From a virus, in the IMG/VR virus record IMGVR_UViG_3300030098_004824, positions 1 to 64,000 of that record: a stretch of DNA of 64,000 bases; one strand, written 5' to 3'. Both the position numbers and the translations under genes were made by a program. Positions 1-7,498 of the stretch are shown piece by piece. The notes under the pieces were generated by a model that did not search any database, was not told the origin of the DNA, and worked only from the letters and a program-made list of their open reading frames with translations. Within the stretch, counting starts at the first letter, position 1. Every line of letters starts with the position of its first letter.

Positions 1-129
1 TGCAGGAGTATCATAGGCATTAGGGCAGAACCAGCACTTATAGTTACAATGAGTATTGTTTTCTATTTGTGCAATTCTATAACCAAACCCACTAAATTCT
101 GGTAATGGTCTTGCTAATGCACTTGTCAT
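1..129 (-). CDS. Radical SAM protein, N-terminus (runs off the window edge)
   Basis: Manual translation MTSALARPLPEFSGFGYRIAQIENNTHCNYKCWFCPNAYDTPA contains CxxxCxxC; its ATG overlaps the TAA of 129..956. Confidence 0.75.
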   Translation of the reverse strand, partial: MTSALARPLPEFSGFGYRIAQIENNTHCNYKCWFCPNAYDTPA

Positions 130-956
130 TACATGCAGCGATCAAGTGGGAGATATGTGAGAGATTTGATGTCACCCATATTACCCTTGGGCCAGGTATT
201 AAATGACAAACTAATTCTCTCTTCTTCACCTATATTAGTAGGAACAGAGTGTGTAAGATTACTTGGGAATAATATTAACTCTCCTCTCTTCATTGGTAGC
301 ATAAATGTTGCACTGTTGAAAGTATTATATTGTTGTGTTTGTAATGATACATCTCTCTGCTGTCTACTTCTAAACTGAATAGGTGGCATTTGCTCATGGA
401 TTTGAGGATACCATACACCACTAATCATACTGTTCGGATGCACATGCTCATGGTGTGATTCTCCTTTCTTACTCTTATTCAACCATGACTGTGTAATGAC
501 CAATTTATCAGTAGAGGCATAGATCTTGGTCACAAATTCATGTAACTTTGCTTCAATAAATGCTCTGATGTTTGATAGTTCTGGTCTATCAAGCACAAAT
601 GTATCTTCTGACTGTCTATTATAATGTATCTTTTGACCACCTGCATCACCACCACTATTCTCCTTTCTACACTCTGCATTACGAATCCATTCTAATTCCT
701 TTGTATAATCAACTGGGTAAGGGCAAATCAATACAGGTGTAGGAAATAACTGCATCAACTCATCACCTGCTGGAGTCTGTTGTGTAGGGTATCCCATTGA
801 TGCTGGTTGTGCTTGTTCTTTCTTCTCTGGTATCTTATCAGGTGAATAAAACCCCTGTGCATTGGTTTGTTGAGGTGGAGGAGTTTGGAATCCTTGTGGT
901 TTGGGTTGTTGAGGTTTAACTCCTGTCAAATCACTAAAGTCTATTGCTGCTGTCAT
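129..956 (-). CDS. Putative 2OG-Fe(II) oxygenase (TIGR02466-like) with Q/P-rich N-terminal extension
   Basis: LFPTP, SWLN, HHEHVHPNSMISGVWY, LILFPSNLTHSV and RISLSFN motifs. Confidence 0.8.
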   Translation of the reverse strand: MTAAIDFSDLTGVKPQQPKPQGFQTPPPQQTNAQGFYSPDKIPEKKEQAQPASMGYPTQQTPAGDELMQLFPTPVLICPYPVDYTKELEWIRNAECRKENSGGDAGGQKIHYNRQSEDTFVLDRPELSNIRAFIEAKLHEFVTKIYASTDKLVITQSWLNKSKKGESHHEHVHPNSMISGVWYPQIHEQMPPIQFRSRQQRDVSLQTQQYNTFNSATFMLPMKRGELILFPSNLTHSVPTNIGEEERISLSFNTWPKGNMGDIKSLTYLPLDRCM

Positions 957-977
957 TTTGTAGATCTATCTGTATCA

Positions 978-1006
978 ATTATATATCCTTTTTCCATATA
1001 ATGCAA
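978..1006 (-). promoter_or_regulatory. sigma70-type promoter for the minus-strand operon
   Basis: TTGCAT-17 nt-TATAAT on the minus strand, just upstream of ATG 956. Confidence 0.6.
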
Positions 1007-1098
1007 TATATGTGTTACTGTGCCACTATACAAAGAGACTACCAAATTACCTTGGGTGAATCAAATAGGTTATACTATATCCATAACGCATTTAAAAA

Positions 1099-1221
1099 AT
1101 GAGTAAAGAGATGACAAGCAAGGAGAAATTACTCTTCATTGCTTCATTTGTCTGGGCAATGCACTGGGGTGTTCGTGTTGCCTTTGCAGCAATAAGTACA
1201 TTTGAATTGAGATACTTCTAA
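1099..1221 (+). CDS. Small hydrophobic hypothetical protein (40 aa)
   Basis: MSKEMTSKEKLLFIASFVWAMHWGVRVAFAAISTFELRYF; stop overlaps the next ATG. Confidence 0.55.
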   Translation: MSKEMTSKEKLLFIASFVWAMHWGVRVAFAAISTFELRYF

Positions 1222-1661
1222 TGTTATACCTTACTCATTCTGGTTATGATTACTCTCAAAAGAGATGTGTGAATGTTGTTGAATGGTTCGTGGATGAATA
1301 TCTTTCACGTTATAATATTAACATTAATGTTCATCATTGTCGTTTAGTGAATCGTGAAGGTGTGTATGGATGGTGTTGGGCAACTGATTGTGATTACAGA
1401 CCTCGTGAATTTGATATCGAGATGCACAATCAACTTCCTATACACGATTATATCGAAACTCTATTACATGAGTTGTGGCACGTTTATCAGCACGTTAAAG
1501 GAGATCTCAAGGACAGATATGGTAAGCGTTGTTGGAAGGGTGTGGATCATTCCAAGATAGATTACGAGAATCAACCTTGGGAAAAGGAAGCAGTCAAGAT
1601 GGAGAAAATATTATATAAAAAGTACACATCTTATTTGACAACTAACTCACTTTCTTTATAA
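1221..1661 (+). CDS. HExxH zinc metallopeptidase-like protein
   Basis: TLLHELWHVYQ plus downstream PWEKEA glutamate. Confidence 0.65.
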   Translation: MLYLTHSGYDYSQKRCVNVVEWFVDEYLSRYNININVHHCRLVNREGVYGWCWATDCDYRPREFDIEMHNQLPIHDYIETLLHELWHVYQHVKGDLKDRYGKRCWKGVDHSKIDYENQPWEKEAVKMEKILYKKYTSYLTTNSLSL

Positions 1662-1662
1662 A

Positions 1663-1869
1663 ATGAAAACGGCAATCAAAACTGAATTCCTTTGTGTAAA
1701 ACCAAGAACTATGGATGCACAAGATATATTTAATAATGATATGGATAAGTTACATTCTTGCAGAGTAGTAAATAGAAGGAATGGAAAAGTAATTCTTTCT
1801 TCAATTTCTAATCGTTATGATTTTGAAATGTTTGAAGGAGGAGATGATAACTGGGAGGTTATTAAATGA
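1663..1869 (+). CDS. Hypothetical protein
   Basis: Tightly packed ORF. Confidence 0.6.
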   Translation: MKTAIKTEFLCVKPRTMDAQDIFNNDMDKLHSCRVVNRRNGKVILSSISNRYDFEMFEGGDDNWEVIK

Positions 1870-2177
1870 GTGAAACTAAACAAGACAAATGGGAACGTGG
1901 GAAGACTCTTATGCTGGAGTCTTTGCATAAACCTGATGACAGATTGAGAGGATGTTCTCATAACCAACAATGTTATCACGAATTGATGGAGATAAGGGAT
2001 CAAGTAATTGAAATGGTAAGAGATATTCCTAATCCTTATGCTCCACCAACTAAAATACCATTTGGTAAGAAGAATGATGTTGTAACTCCTACAGTCACAA
2101 CACCAGCAGGTGAGATTAGTGAAACTTTAATGAGTGGAGCATTAGGTGATTATTATGCAGACAAGAGGGAGTATTAA
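1866..2177 (+). CDS. Hypothetical protein
   Basis: ATGA overlap, GGAGG SD. Confidence 0.65.
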   Translation: MSETKQDKWERGKTLMLESLHKPDDRLRGCSHNQQCYHELMEIRDQVIEMVRDIPNPYAPPTKIPFGKKNDVVTPTVTTPAGEISETLMSGALGDYYADKREY

Positions 2178-2179
2178 TT

Positions 2180-2560
2180 ATGGCAATTTATGATGATGTA
2201 AAGATCACTATCAACCTTAATGAGTTGGTAGAGATCAGAGCAAAACTTATTTCTCAGTATGATGATTACTCAGAAAAGATATCTAAGGGTGAATACTTAG
2301 ATGGAGGTGATATTGATCGTATCGCAACTAAGTTAAGAGATACTTTAACTTGGGATACTCTTTACAGTATGGTTGATGATGCTGTTTTAGAATACTTGGG
2401 TATCAAAGAAACTCATTATGGTGAGAGAACTATTGAAACCATTGAACTAACAATGGAGAAGGAAAAGAAAGAAAGAGAGAAGGAGTTTAAGAAGAACTTT
2501 GAGATGGTTAAATTAGAAAGTTCATCATGGTCAATAGATGTACCAGTAAGAAAGAAGTAG
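2180..2560 (+). CDS. Hypothetical protein
   Basis: GGAG SD, tightly packed. Confidence 0.65.
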   Translation: MAIYDDVKITINLNELVEIRAKLISQYDDYSEKISKGEYLDGGDIDRIATKLRDTLTWDTLYSMVDDAVLEYLGIKETHYGERTIETIELTMEKEKKEREKEFKKNFEMVKLESSSWSIDVPVRKK

Positions 2561-2712
2561 GCATAAATTTTTATTAATATATCAGCAAACAAAGACATAA
2601 TTTGTATAAATATTAGTAGTCACCGAGAGGTACATTACGGAGAATCAAATGTATTAAATCTCTATATTATGTGTTAAACAATTAGTAAACTTTGTATTTT
2701 GGAGGAAGATTA

Positions 2713-2859
2713 ATGCACAATTTAGTTTCATACAATCAATTAGCAGGGGAAGACTTTAATCCCGACAATGATGTAATTTCAGAGTATTACGAGTGCTTAA
2801 TCGAGTGTGATGAAAGTCAATCAATCTGTAAACGTATATGTAAGGAGGTTTTAGTTTAG
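2713..2859 (+). CDS. Small Cys-rich protein (CxxxC-x6-CxxxC), 48 aa
   Basis: MHNLVSYNQLAGEDFNPDNDVISEYYECLIECDESQSICKRICKEVLV; GGAGG at 2701; TATAAATA at 2605. Confidence 0.7.
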   Translation: MHNLVSYNQLAGEDFNPDNDVISEYYECLIECDESQSICKRICKEVLV

Positions 2860-2940
2860 TTCATTAAAGTAGTCAACTATTCTAAGAAAATGTTACCTTT
2901 TTCCCATCCACCTTAAATAGGTCAAAAAATTAAAGAATCA

Positions 2941-2968
2941 AAAGCCCCTGTAACAGCAGGGGTTTTTG
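2941..2968 (+). terminator. Intrinsic terminator
   Basis: GCCCCTG-loop-CAGGGGT followed by a T-tract. Confidence 0.7.
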
Positions 2969-3007
2969 CGTTATAAATATTATTTCAGTAGAATTATCTA
3001 TTTTATT

Positions 3008-3151
3008 TTGAAGGACAAGAAAGCAGCGAAAAAGATTATTAAATTGGCAAAGAAACATCCTGATTGGTACACACCAGAAGAAGTTAAGTATGCTAAACAA
3101 GTTAAGTGGAGAATTAAACAAGAAGAAAAGGAGAGTAAGAAAAGTGGATGA
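3008..3151 (+). CDS. Small basic hypothetical protein (probable TTG start at 3008)
   Basis: LKDKKAAKKIIKLAKKHPDWY..., follows TATAAATA at 2972. Confidence 0.5.
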   Translation: MKDKKAAKKIIKLAKKHPDWYTPEEVKYAKQVKWRIKQEEKESKKSG

Positions 3152-3334
3152 AGAATATACAGAAAAGGAATATTGGGATGGTGAAGTACCTGATGAACTA
3201 TTTGATGAGTACCTTAAGAAGTATGGTTATGATTACACTCCTTAACATAAAAATAAAGACATAATTAAGAAAGAGTGGTTTGCATAGATATTATGATATA
3301 ATTATTATCATATCCTCACATTTCTATCAAAAAA

Positions 3335-3556
3335 ATGATTAATTTAGACCAGACATACGAATCTTACTTAGATGGAAGCAAAAAGATGAGGATAGATGGT
3401 GTTGAGGAGAGAGTTAAGGCATACGGTTGGCATTGTGATGGTAATGATATTAAGGGACATTATGTAACAACAGAGAATTATCAGTTATTTTATAATATGG
3501 AAGGATTATTTACAAAGATGGTGGCACTCAGAGAACTGGCACAAACTACTGCGTGA
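3335..3556 (+). CDS. Hypothetical protein
   Basis: ORF track. Confidence 0.6.
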   Translation: MINLDQTYESYLDGSKKMRIDGVEERVKAYGWHCDGNDIKGHYVTTENYQLFYNMEGLFTKMVALRELAQTTA

Positions 3557-3599
3557 ATGAATATCTTTCTGGTATAATAGGATTATAGATAAAAATAAA

Positions 3600-4001
3600 A
3601 TGAAAACAGCACTTGCCGTATTGTTGGCACTCACACCTGTTTCTACACTTGCTGATGAGTATCAACCAGGTTATTCTTCTTCTAAGTCTTGTTACAGATC
3701 AGAATATAGAGAAGAATATATTCCAGGAACGGAGGATCAACCTGGATATGTAAGATCTTGGAAGGAAACTATTGAGTTCCCTTGTGATAGAAATAGAGCA
3801 ACAATTACAAGACCAACAAGAACAGTAGTAGAAAGACACTATGAGGTTGATGATAATGATTGTACTGATGGGAAAGTTGCTGGTGGTATTTTAGGTGGTG
3901 GTCTTGCTGCTGCTATATCAAGAGGAGATGGTAGATGGTGGGCAATTCCATTAGGTGTTGTTGCTGGTAGTGCTATTGGATGTGATGCTGCTGGAGGTTA
4001 A
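3600..4001 (+). CDS. Secreted/membrane protein with C-terminal glycine zipper (2TM)
   Basis: Signal peptide MKTALAVLLALTPVSTLA; GGILGGGLAAA...PLGVVAGSAIG. Confidence 0.7.
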   Translation: MKTALAVLLALTPVSTLADEYQPGYSSSKSCYRSEYREEYIPGTEDQPGYVRSWKETIEFPCDRNRATITRPTRTVVERHYEVDDNDCTDGKVAGGILGGGLAAAISRGDGRWWAIPLGVVAGSAIGCDAAGG

Positions 4002-4006
4002 ACAAA

Positions 4007-4035
4007 GGGGGATCGCCTAAAGTGTTCCAGTAGTG
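4007..4035 (+). repeat. 29-bp module-boundary motif, copy 1
   Basis: GGGGGATCGCCTAAAGTGTTCCAGTAGTG. Confidence 0.9.
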
Positions 4036-4480
4036 AGAAACAGTTGAGGGTCAAACTACTCTGACAGTTTTGAGAGGGATATGTGGTTCTACTGCCCGAA
4101 CATTCCAAGATTTCCTATATCCACATTAGTGCGAAGAAATGGTTATCTTATTAAGATCTCCTATACCAACACGAAGTTGAAGAAATGGTTATCTGATTAG
4201 TAGGGGTTCAGGTGTAAGCGATTCCCAGTAGGTAAATTTGGGCATATAGGTGAAACCTATGTCGATGCCCCACTCCCTCTCAAACAAGAAGCAGAGACAT
4301 GACGTTTGATTAAAATGACTTACCCCTCAATGTTTCTCCCACTAATTTGGGCAAGGATCTATGGTTGTCTCTGTTCAGCAGAGAAATTACGTCCTGTAAG
4401 TCCCACACACAAAAACGAGGAGATGGATGTGCCTCTGGGATCGCAACCCAAGAAAGAACTAACATCCGCTAGCTTTTTTA
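4031..4480 (+). ncRNA. Large structured non-coding RNA or 5' leader (family unknown)
   Basis: Long-range stems 4031-4051/4322-4344 and 4068-4079/4274-4284, hairpin 4240-4270, 46-nt tandem unit 4107-4198, crossing pairing 4290-4299/4366-4375, terminal hairpin 4425-4467 plus U-tract. Confidence 0.7.
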
Positions 4481-4491
4481 TTATTTTTTCA

Positions 4492-4662
4492 ATGGCATAC
4501 CACCATGAATGGAGTCAATCTTATTTTAATGGATTGACGTTTGAAGAACACCACATCAATAATGAGTGGTTTAATGGCACATTGTCAATGTTAAAAGATG
4601 ATGGTATATTATATGTACCAGTTCTTGACAAAGAATTTAACAGACAAGGTGAGGAAGTATGA
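4492..4662 (+). CDS. Hypothetical protein (probable true start 4492)
   Basis: ATG follows the structured leader and U-rich tract. Confidence 0.6.
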   Translation: MAYHHEWSQSYFNGLTFEEHHINNEWFNGTLSMLKDDGILYVPVLDKEFNRQGEEV

Positions 4663-4781
4663 CTGAAAAACATTTTATTAACAAAACTGATGAAATGATT
4701 GAAGATTTCATCGAAGAATGTGAAAAGGAAGCATCAAAATTAGAAGTCACAGTTGACTATTATCTTGCCGAGTTTGTTTGA
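4659..4781 (+). CDS. Small acidic hypothetical protein (40 aa)
   Basis: MTEKHFINKTDEMIEDFIEECEKEASKLEVTVDYYLAEFV, ATGA overlap. Confidence 0.6.
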   Translation: MTEKHFINKTDEMIEDFIEECEKEASKLEVTVDYYLAEFV

Positions 4782-4806
4782 CAAACTCGGTTTTTTTCTT
4801 TATAAT
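4768..4806 (+). promoter_or_regulatory. Terminator hairpin overlapping a consensus sigma70 promoter
   Basis: CCGAGTTTGT-TTG-ACAAACTCGG plus T-tract; TTGACA 4778, 17 nt, TATAAT 4801. Confidence 0.8.
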
Positions 4807-4831
4807 ACATACTATTAGTGAATACAAAACT

Positions 4832-5047
4832 ATGGCAGAAAAACTTTATACCATTTTAGAATTATCTACTAATGGTTGGCATCCAATAGAAGGAGAGGAT
4901 GTACAAATATCTAAAGCAAAATGTGATGAACGTATTAAATATCATTTGGGAAAGGGAGTTTCTCCTGAAAGATTAAAAGCAGTTGTTGATAACAGAAATC
5001 TTGGTAAAAAGGAGTTAGATTTTACAATTACAGGCGATACTGAGTAA
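4832..5047 (+). CDS. Hypothetical protein (start probably 4832)
   Basis: ATG downstream of the promoter. Confidence 0.6.
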   Translation: MAEKLYTILELSTNGWHPIEGEDVQISKAKCDERIKYHLGKGVSPERLKAVVDNRNLGKKELDFTITGDTE

Positions 5048-5385
5048 TGTATGAACCTCAAGTCGATGACTATGTAATTTGGAAAAGACCAAATGGCGAC
5101 TGGGAAGAGGGATGGGTTTACTTTAAGGGTGATCCAGTAGATAATGAGAAAAGAGTAAAGAGTGGATGGAATCCTGTATCACAGTATATCACTATTGAAA
5201 CTGGTGTTAGACCAAAAAAGGATTGTGTTTATACAAGTGGTAAACCAATGAGGCACAAAATGATTCATACATTATTATTGTGCAATAAAGACTGCTGGCA
5301 AGAATTAGAATATGTAAAGAACAGAAGAGATCAAGCAAGTCTTGATATGTATAAATCACAAGATGGAAGACATCCTGATTATTAG
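5047..5385 (+). CDS. Hypothetical protein
   Basis: TAATG overlap; stop abuts motif copy 2. Confidence 0.65.
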   Translation: MYEPQVDDYVIWKRPNGDWEEGWVYFKGDPVDNEKRVKSGWNPVSQYITIETGVRPKKDCVYTSGKPMRHKMIHTLLLCNKDCWQELEYVKNRRDQASLDMYKSQDGRHPDY

Positions 5386-5387
5386 GG

Positions 5388-5416
5388 GGGGGATCGTTTA
5401 AAGTGTCCTTATTTTG
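5388..5416 (+). repeat. 29-bp motif, copy 2
   Basis: GGGGGATCGTTTAAAGTGTCCTTATTTTG. Confidence 0.9.
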
Positions 5417-5431
5417 TAATTAACAATTATT

Positions 5432-5560
5432 ATGCCTGAAGATTTATTTAATCTACCTTCTGAAGATATTGAACAAATGATTCAAGATCTACCAGAAATG
5501 AATGATAAGGATGTTTCTAAATCTTTCGACAAATTCTTAAACTCTACTACCGATTTTTAA
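5432..5560 (+). CDS. Small acidic hypothetical protein (42 aa)
   Basis: MPEDFINLPSEDIEQMIQDLPEMNDKDVSKSFDKFLNSTTDF. Confidence 0.55.
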   Translation: MPEDLFNLPSEDIEQMIQDLPEMNDKDVSKSFDKFLNSTTDF

Positions 5561-5561
5561 A

Positions 5562-5765
5562 ATGAAACCTGCTGCTATTCTTTATGAACTTCAAGAATTA
5601 AGAGATACTTGGAGAAAACAATCATTCTCTTTTACTGTTGAGCAACAGAAACAATATGATAGATTAACATCATTAAGAAGAGAAAGAGTTAAGTATTTTC
5701 ACGATAATAATTTAGTATGGAAGGGTGCGTCTACTGCTGGTAAAACAACTGTACAAGATAAATAA
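5562..5765 (+). CDS. Hypothetical protein
   Basis: ORF track. Confidence 0.6.
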   Translation: MKPAAILYELQELRDTWRKQSFSFTVEQQKQYDRLTSLRRERVKYFHDNNLVWKGASTAGKTTVQDK

Positions 5766-5783
5766 CTAAAAAGTTATATAAAA

Positions 5784-6341
5784 ATGAAAACTTTTCATCA
5801 GTTTATTGCTGAAGTATATGATAAAGATGTAGTGGGAAGATCCCAAATCACCAAACAAGGTGAGGGTGGAAGAGTAGGTGCTAAACGTAAGAAAACTGAA
5901 CCAGAAAAGAAAAGAGTGAAAGCAGTAGGTGGAGGTAAAACTGCACCTGCTAAAGATTATAAACCACGTAAAGATATTGGTACACAGAAACCAAGATCCC
6001 AACGTGAGCAACAACCAACAAAGGAAAGAGGATCTGCTGGTTTATCAGCAAGGGAGCAACAAAGGAAGGCAGCACAAGAAAGAAGAGCAGCAAAATCTGG
6101 TGCTAAAACTAAATCAGCAGATGAATTATTAAGAACAAAGGCAAAGAAAACTGTAGATCCTAAGTATAAACCAACTAAAGCATCTGGAATGACTGCTAAA
6201 GAACGTCAGTCATTAACACGTAAGGGTGAAAAGAAATTAAGAGATCTTAGACTTACTAATACTGGTAAAAAGAAAGAGAGTGAATTAAAGCATCCAGTTA
6301 CACATAAAGAAATATCAAGAAGAAAAAAACAAAATAAGTGA
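5784..6341 (+). CDS. Highly basic putative internal head protein with capsid-targeting-like N-terminus
   Basis: MKTFHQFIAE resembles the T4 IPII/IPIII CTS MKTYQEFIAE; late-promoter-like GATAAATA at 5757. Confidence 0.6.
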   Translation: MKTFHQFIAEVYDKDVVGRSQITKQGEGGRVGAKRKKTEPEKKRVKAVGGGKTAPAKDYKPRKDIGTQKPRSQREQQPTKERGSAGLSAREQQRKAAQERRAAKSGAKTKSADELLRTKAKKTVDPKYKPTKASGMTAKERQSLTRKGEKKLRDLRLTNTGKKKESELKHPVTHKEISRRKKQNK

Positions 6342-6347
6342 ATAAAA

Positions 6348-6376
6348 GGGGGATCGCTTAAAGCGTTCTTATATTG
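6348..6376 (+). repeat. 29-bp motif, copy 3
   Basis: GGGGGATCGCTTAAAGCGTTCTTATATTG. Confidence 0.9.
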
Positions 6377-6389
6377 AATATACTTTATT

Positions 6390-6890
6390 ATGAAACCAGA
6401 AGAAAAATATCAACAACTCTTTGAAGATATGTATTCTCTATGTGAAGAGAATAACTGGGGAGATCCCTTTAGTTATGCACGTTCTCGTGAGATACATTTA
6501 GCAGGATTACTTGGTCATCGTGTTGCAGATGATTATTCTGGTGCAGATGCTTATGATGTTAATAATAATCCAGTAGAATATAAATCTACTATTGGTAAGA
6601 AATTAACTGCAACATATAATGGTATTAGTGTACAAAATACTTGGGAAGATCAAGTTAAGTATTTACAGGAAGAAAAAATAGGTAAGTATAAACATCATTA
6701 CTACGCTAGGTATCAATCAGGCAAGGTAATTGAGGTTTACAGATTACACGCAGATGTGGTATTATCAATATTATTACCACCATTAAAGAAACAATTTGAG
6801 AGTGATAAAGTTAAGAAAGATCCTAGATTAGGATATACTATTTCTAACAAACTCATTCTACAATATGGAGAGAAAGTTTATGCTGGATAG
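6390..6890 (+). CDS. Putative PD-(D/E)xK restriction-endonuclease-like protein
   Basis: SRE...GADAYDVNNNPVEYKS pattern; overlaps an MTase gene. Confidence 0.5.
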   Translation: MKPEEKYQQLFEDMYSLCEENNWGDPFSYARSREIHLAGLLGHRVADDYSGADAYDVNNNPVEYKSTIGKKLTATYNGISVQNTWEDQVKYLQEEKIGKYKHHYYARYQSGKVIEVYRLHADVVLSILLPPLKKQFESDKVKKDPRLGYTISNKLILQYGEKVYAG

Positions 6891-7422
6891 TGGCAAATTA
6901 ATGTATAGTAAAGGTAATAATGATGAGTGTTATACACCACATTATGCTGTAACTCCTATCCTAAAGTATATTCCAAAGGATGCTATTGTATGGTGTCCTT
7001 TTGATACACAAGATAGTGAGTTTGTAAAACAAATTGAGAAACAAAATGAGGTAACATATTCTCATATTAATACTGGAAGAGATTTCTTTGAGTATGAACC
7101 ATTTGAATGGGATGTAATGTTATCTAATCCACCATTTACTAATAAGAGAAAGTATTTTGAAAGAGCATTATCATTTAATAAACCATTTGCATTGATTATG
7201 ACTAACACTTGGTTGAATGATTCAGCACCTAAACAGTTATTTAAAGATAGAGATTTGCAGTTGCTTATGTTTGATAAGAGAATGAAGTTTATTAGTCCTG
7301 ATGGTAGAAATAATGATAAGATAACATTTAGTAGCAGTTATTATTGTTGGAACTTCTTACCTAAACAAATAATTATGGAAGAATTGATAATTAGTGAATC
7401 TAAAGCAAAATTAATAATATAG
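6880..7422 (+). CDS. DNA adenine methyltransferase-like protein (start probably 6880)
   Basis: DECYTP, VWCPFD, GRDFF, SNPPF motifs; GGAG SD at 6867. Confidence 0.75.
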   Translation: MLDSGKLMYSKGNNDECYTPHYAVTPILKYIPKDAIVWCPFDTQDSEFVKQIEKQNEVTYSHINTGRDFFEYEPFEWDVMLSNPPFTNKRKYFERALSFNKPFALIMTNTWLNDSAPKQLFKDRDLQLLMFDKRMKFISPDGRNNDKITFSSSYYCWNFLPKQIIMEELIISESKAKLII

Positions 7423-7451
7423 GGGGGATCGTTTAAACTGTCCCTATATTG
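7423..7451 (+). repeat. 29-bp motif, copy 4
   Basis: GGGGGATCGTTTAAACTGTCCCTATATTG. Confidence 0.9.
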
Positions 7452-7498
7452 TACCTGTATGCTCCTGTAAGGGGTCTATTCATTTATTATGGTATATT

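Noticed and set aside
2713-2859. CP12
   Set aside because: Lacks the AWD-x-VEEL core and has a different cysteine spacing
4437-4449. Tenth copy of the 29-bp motif (GGGATCG)
   Set aside because: Lacks the TAAA-GTGT half; it is part of a GGG/CCC hairpin
4031-4480. Group I intron
   Set aside because: CAGAGAC resembles the R element, but no convincing P/Q/S set or interrupted gene was found
4306-4491. N-terminal extension of ORF 4306..4662
   Set aside because: Alternative start inside the structured RNA; ATG 4492 fits the leader pattern better
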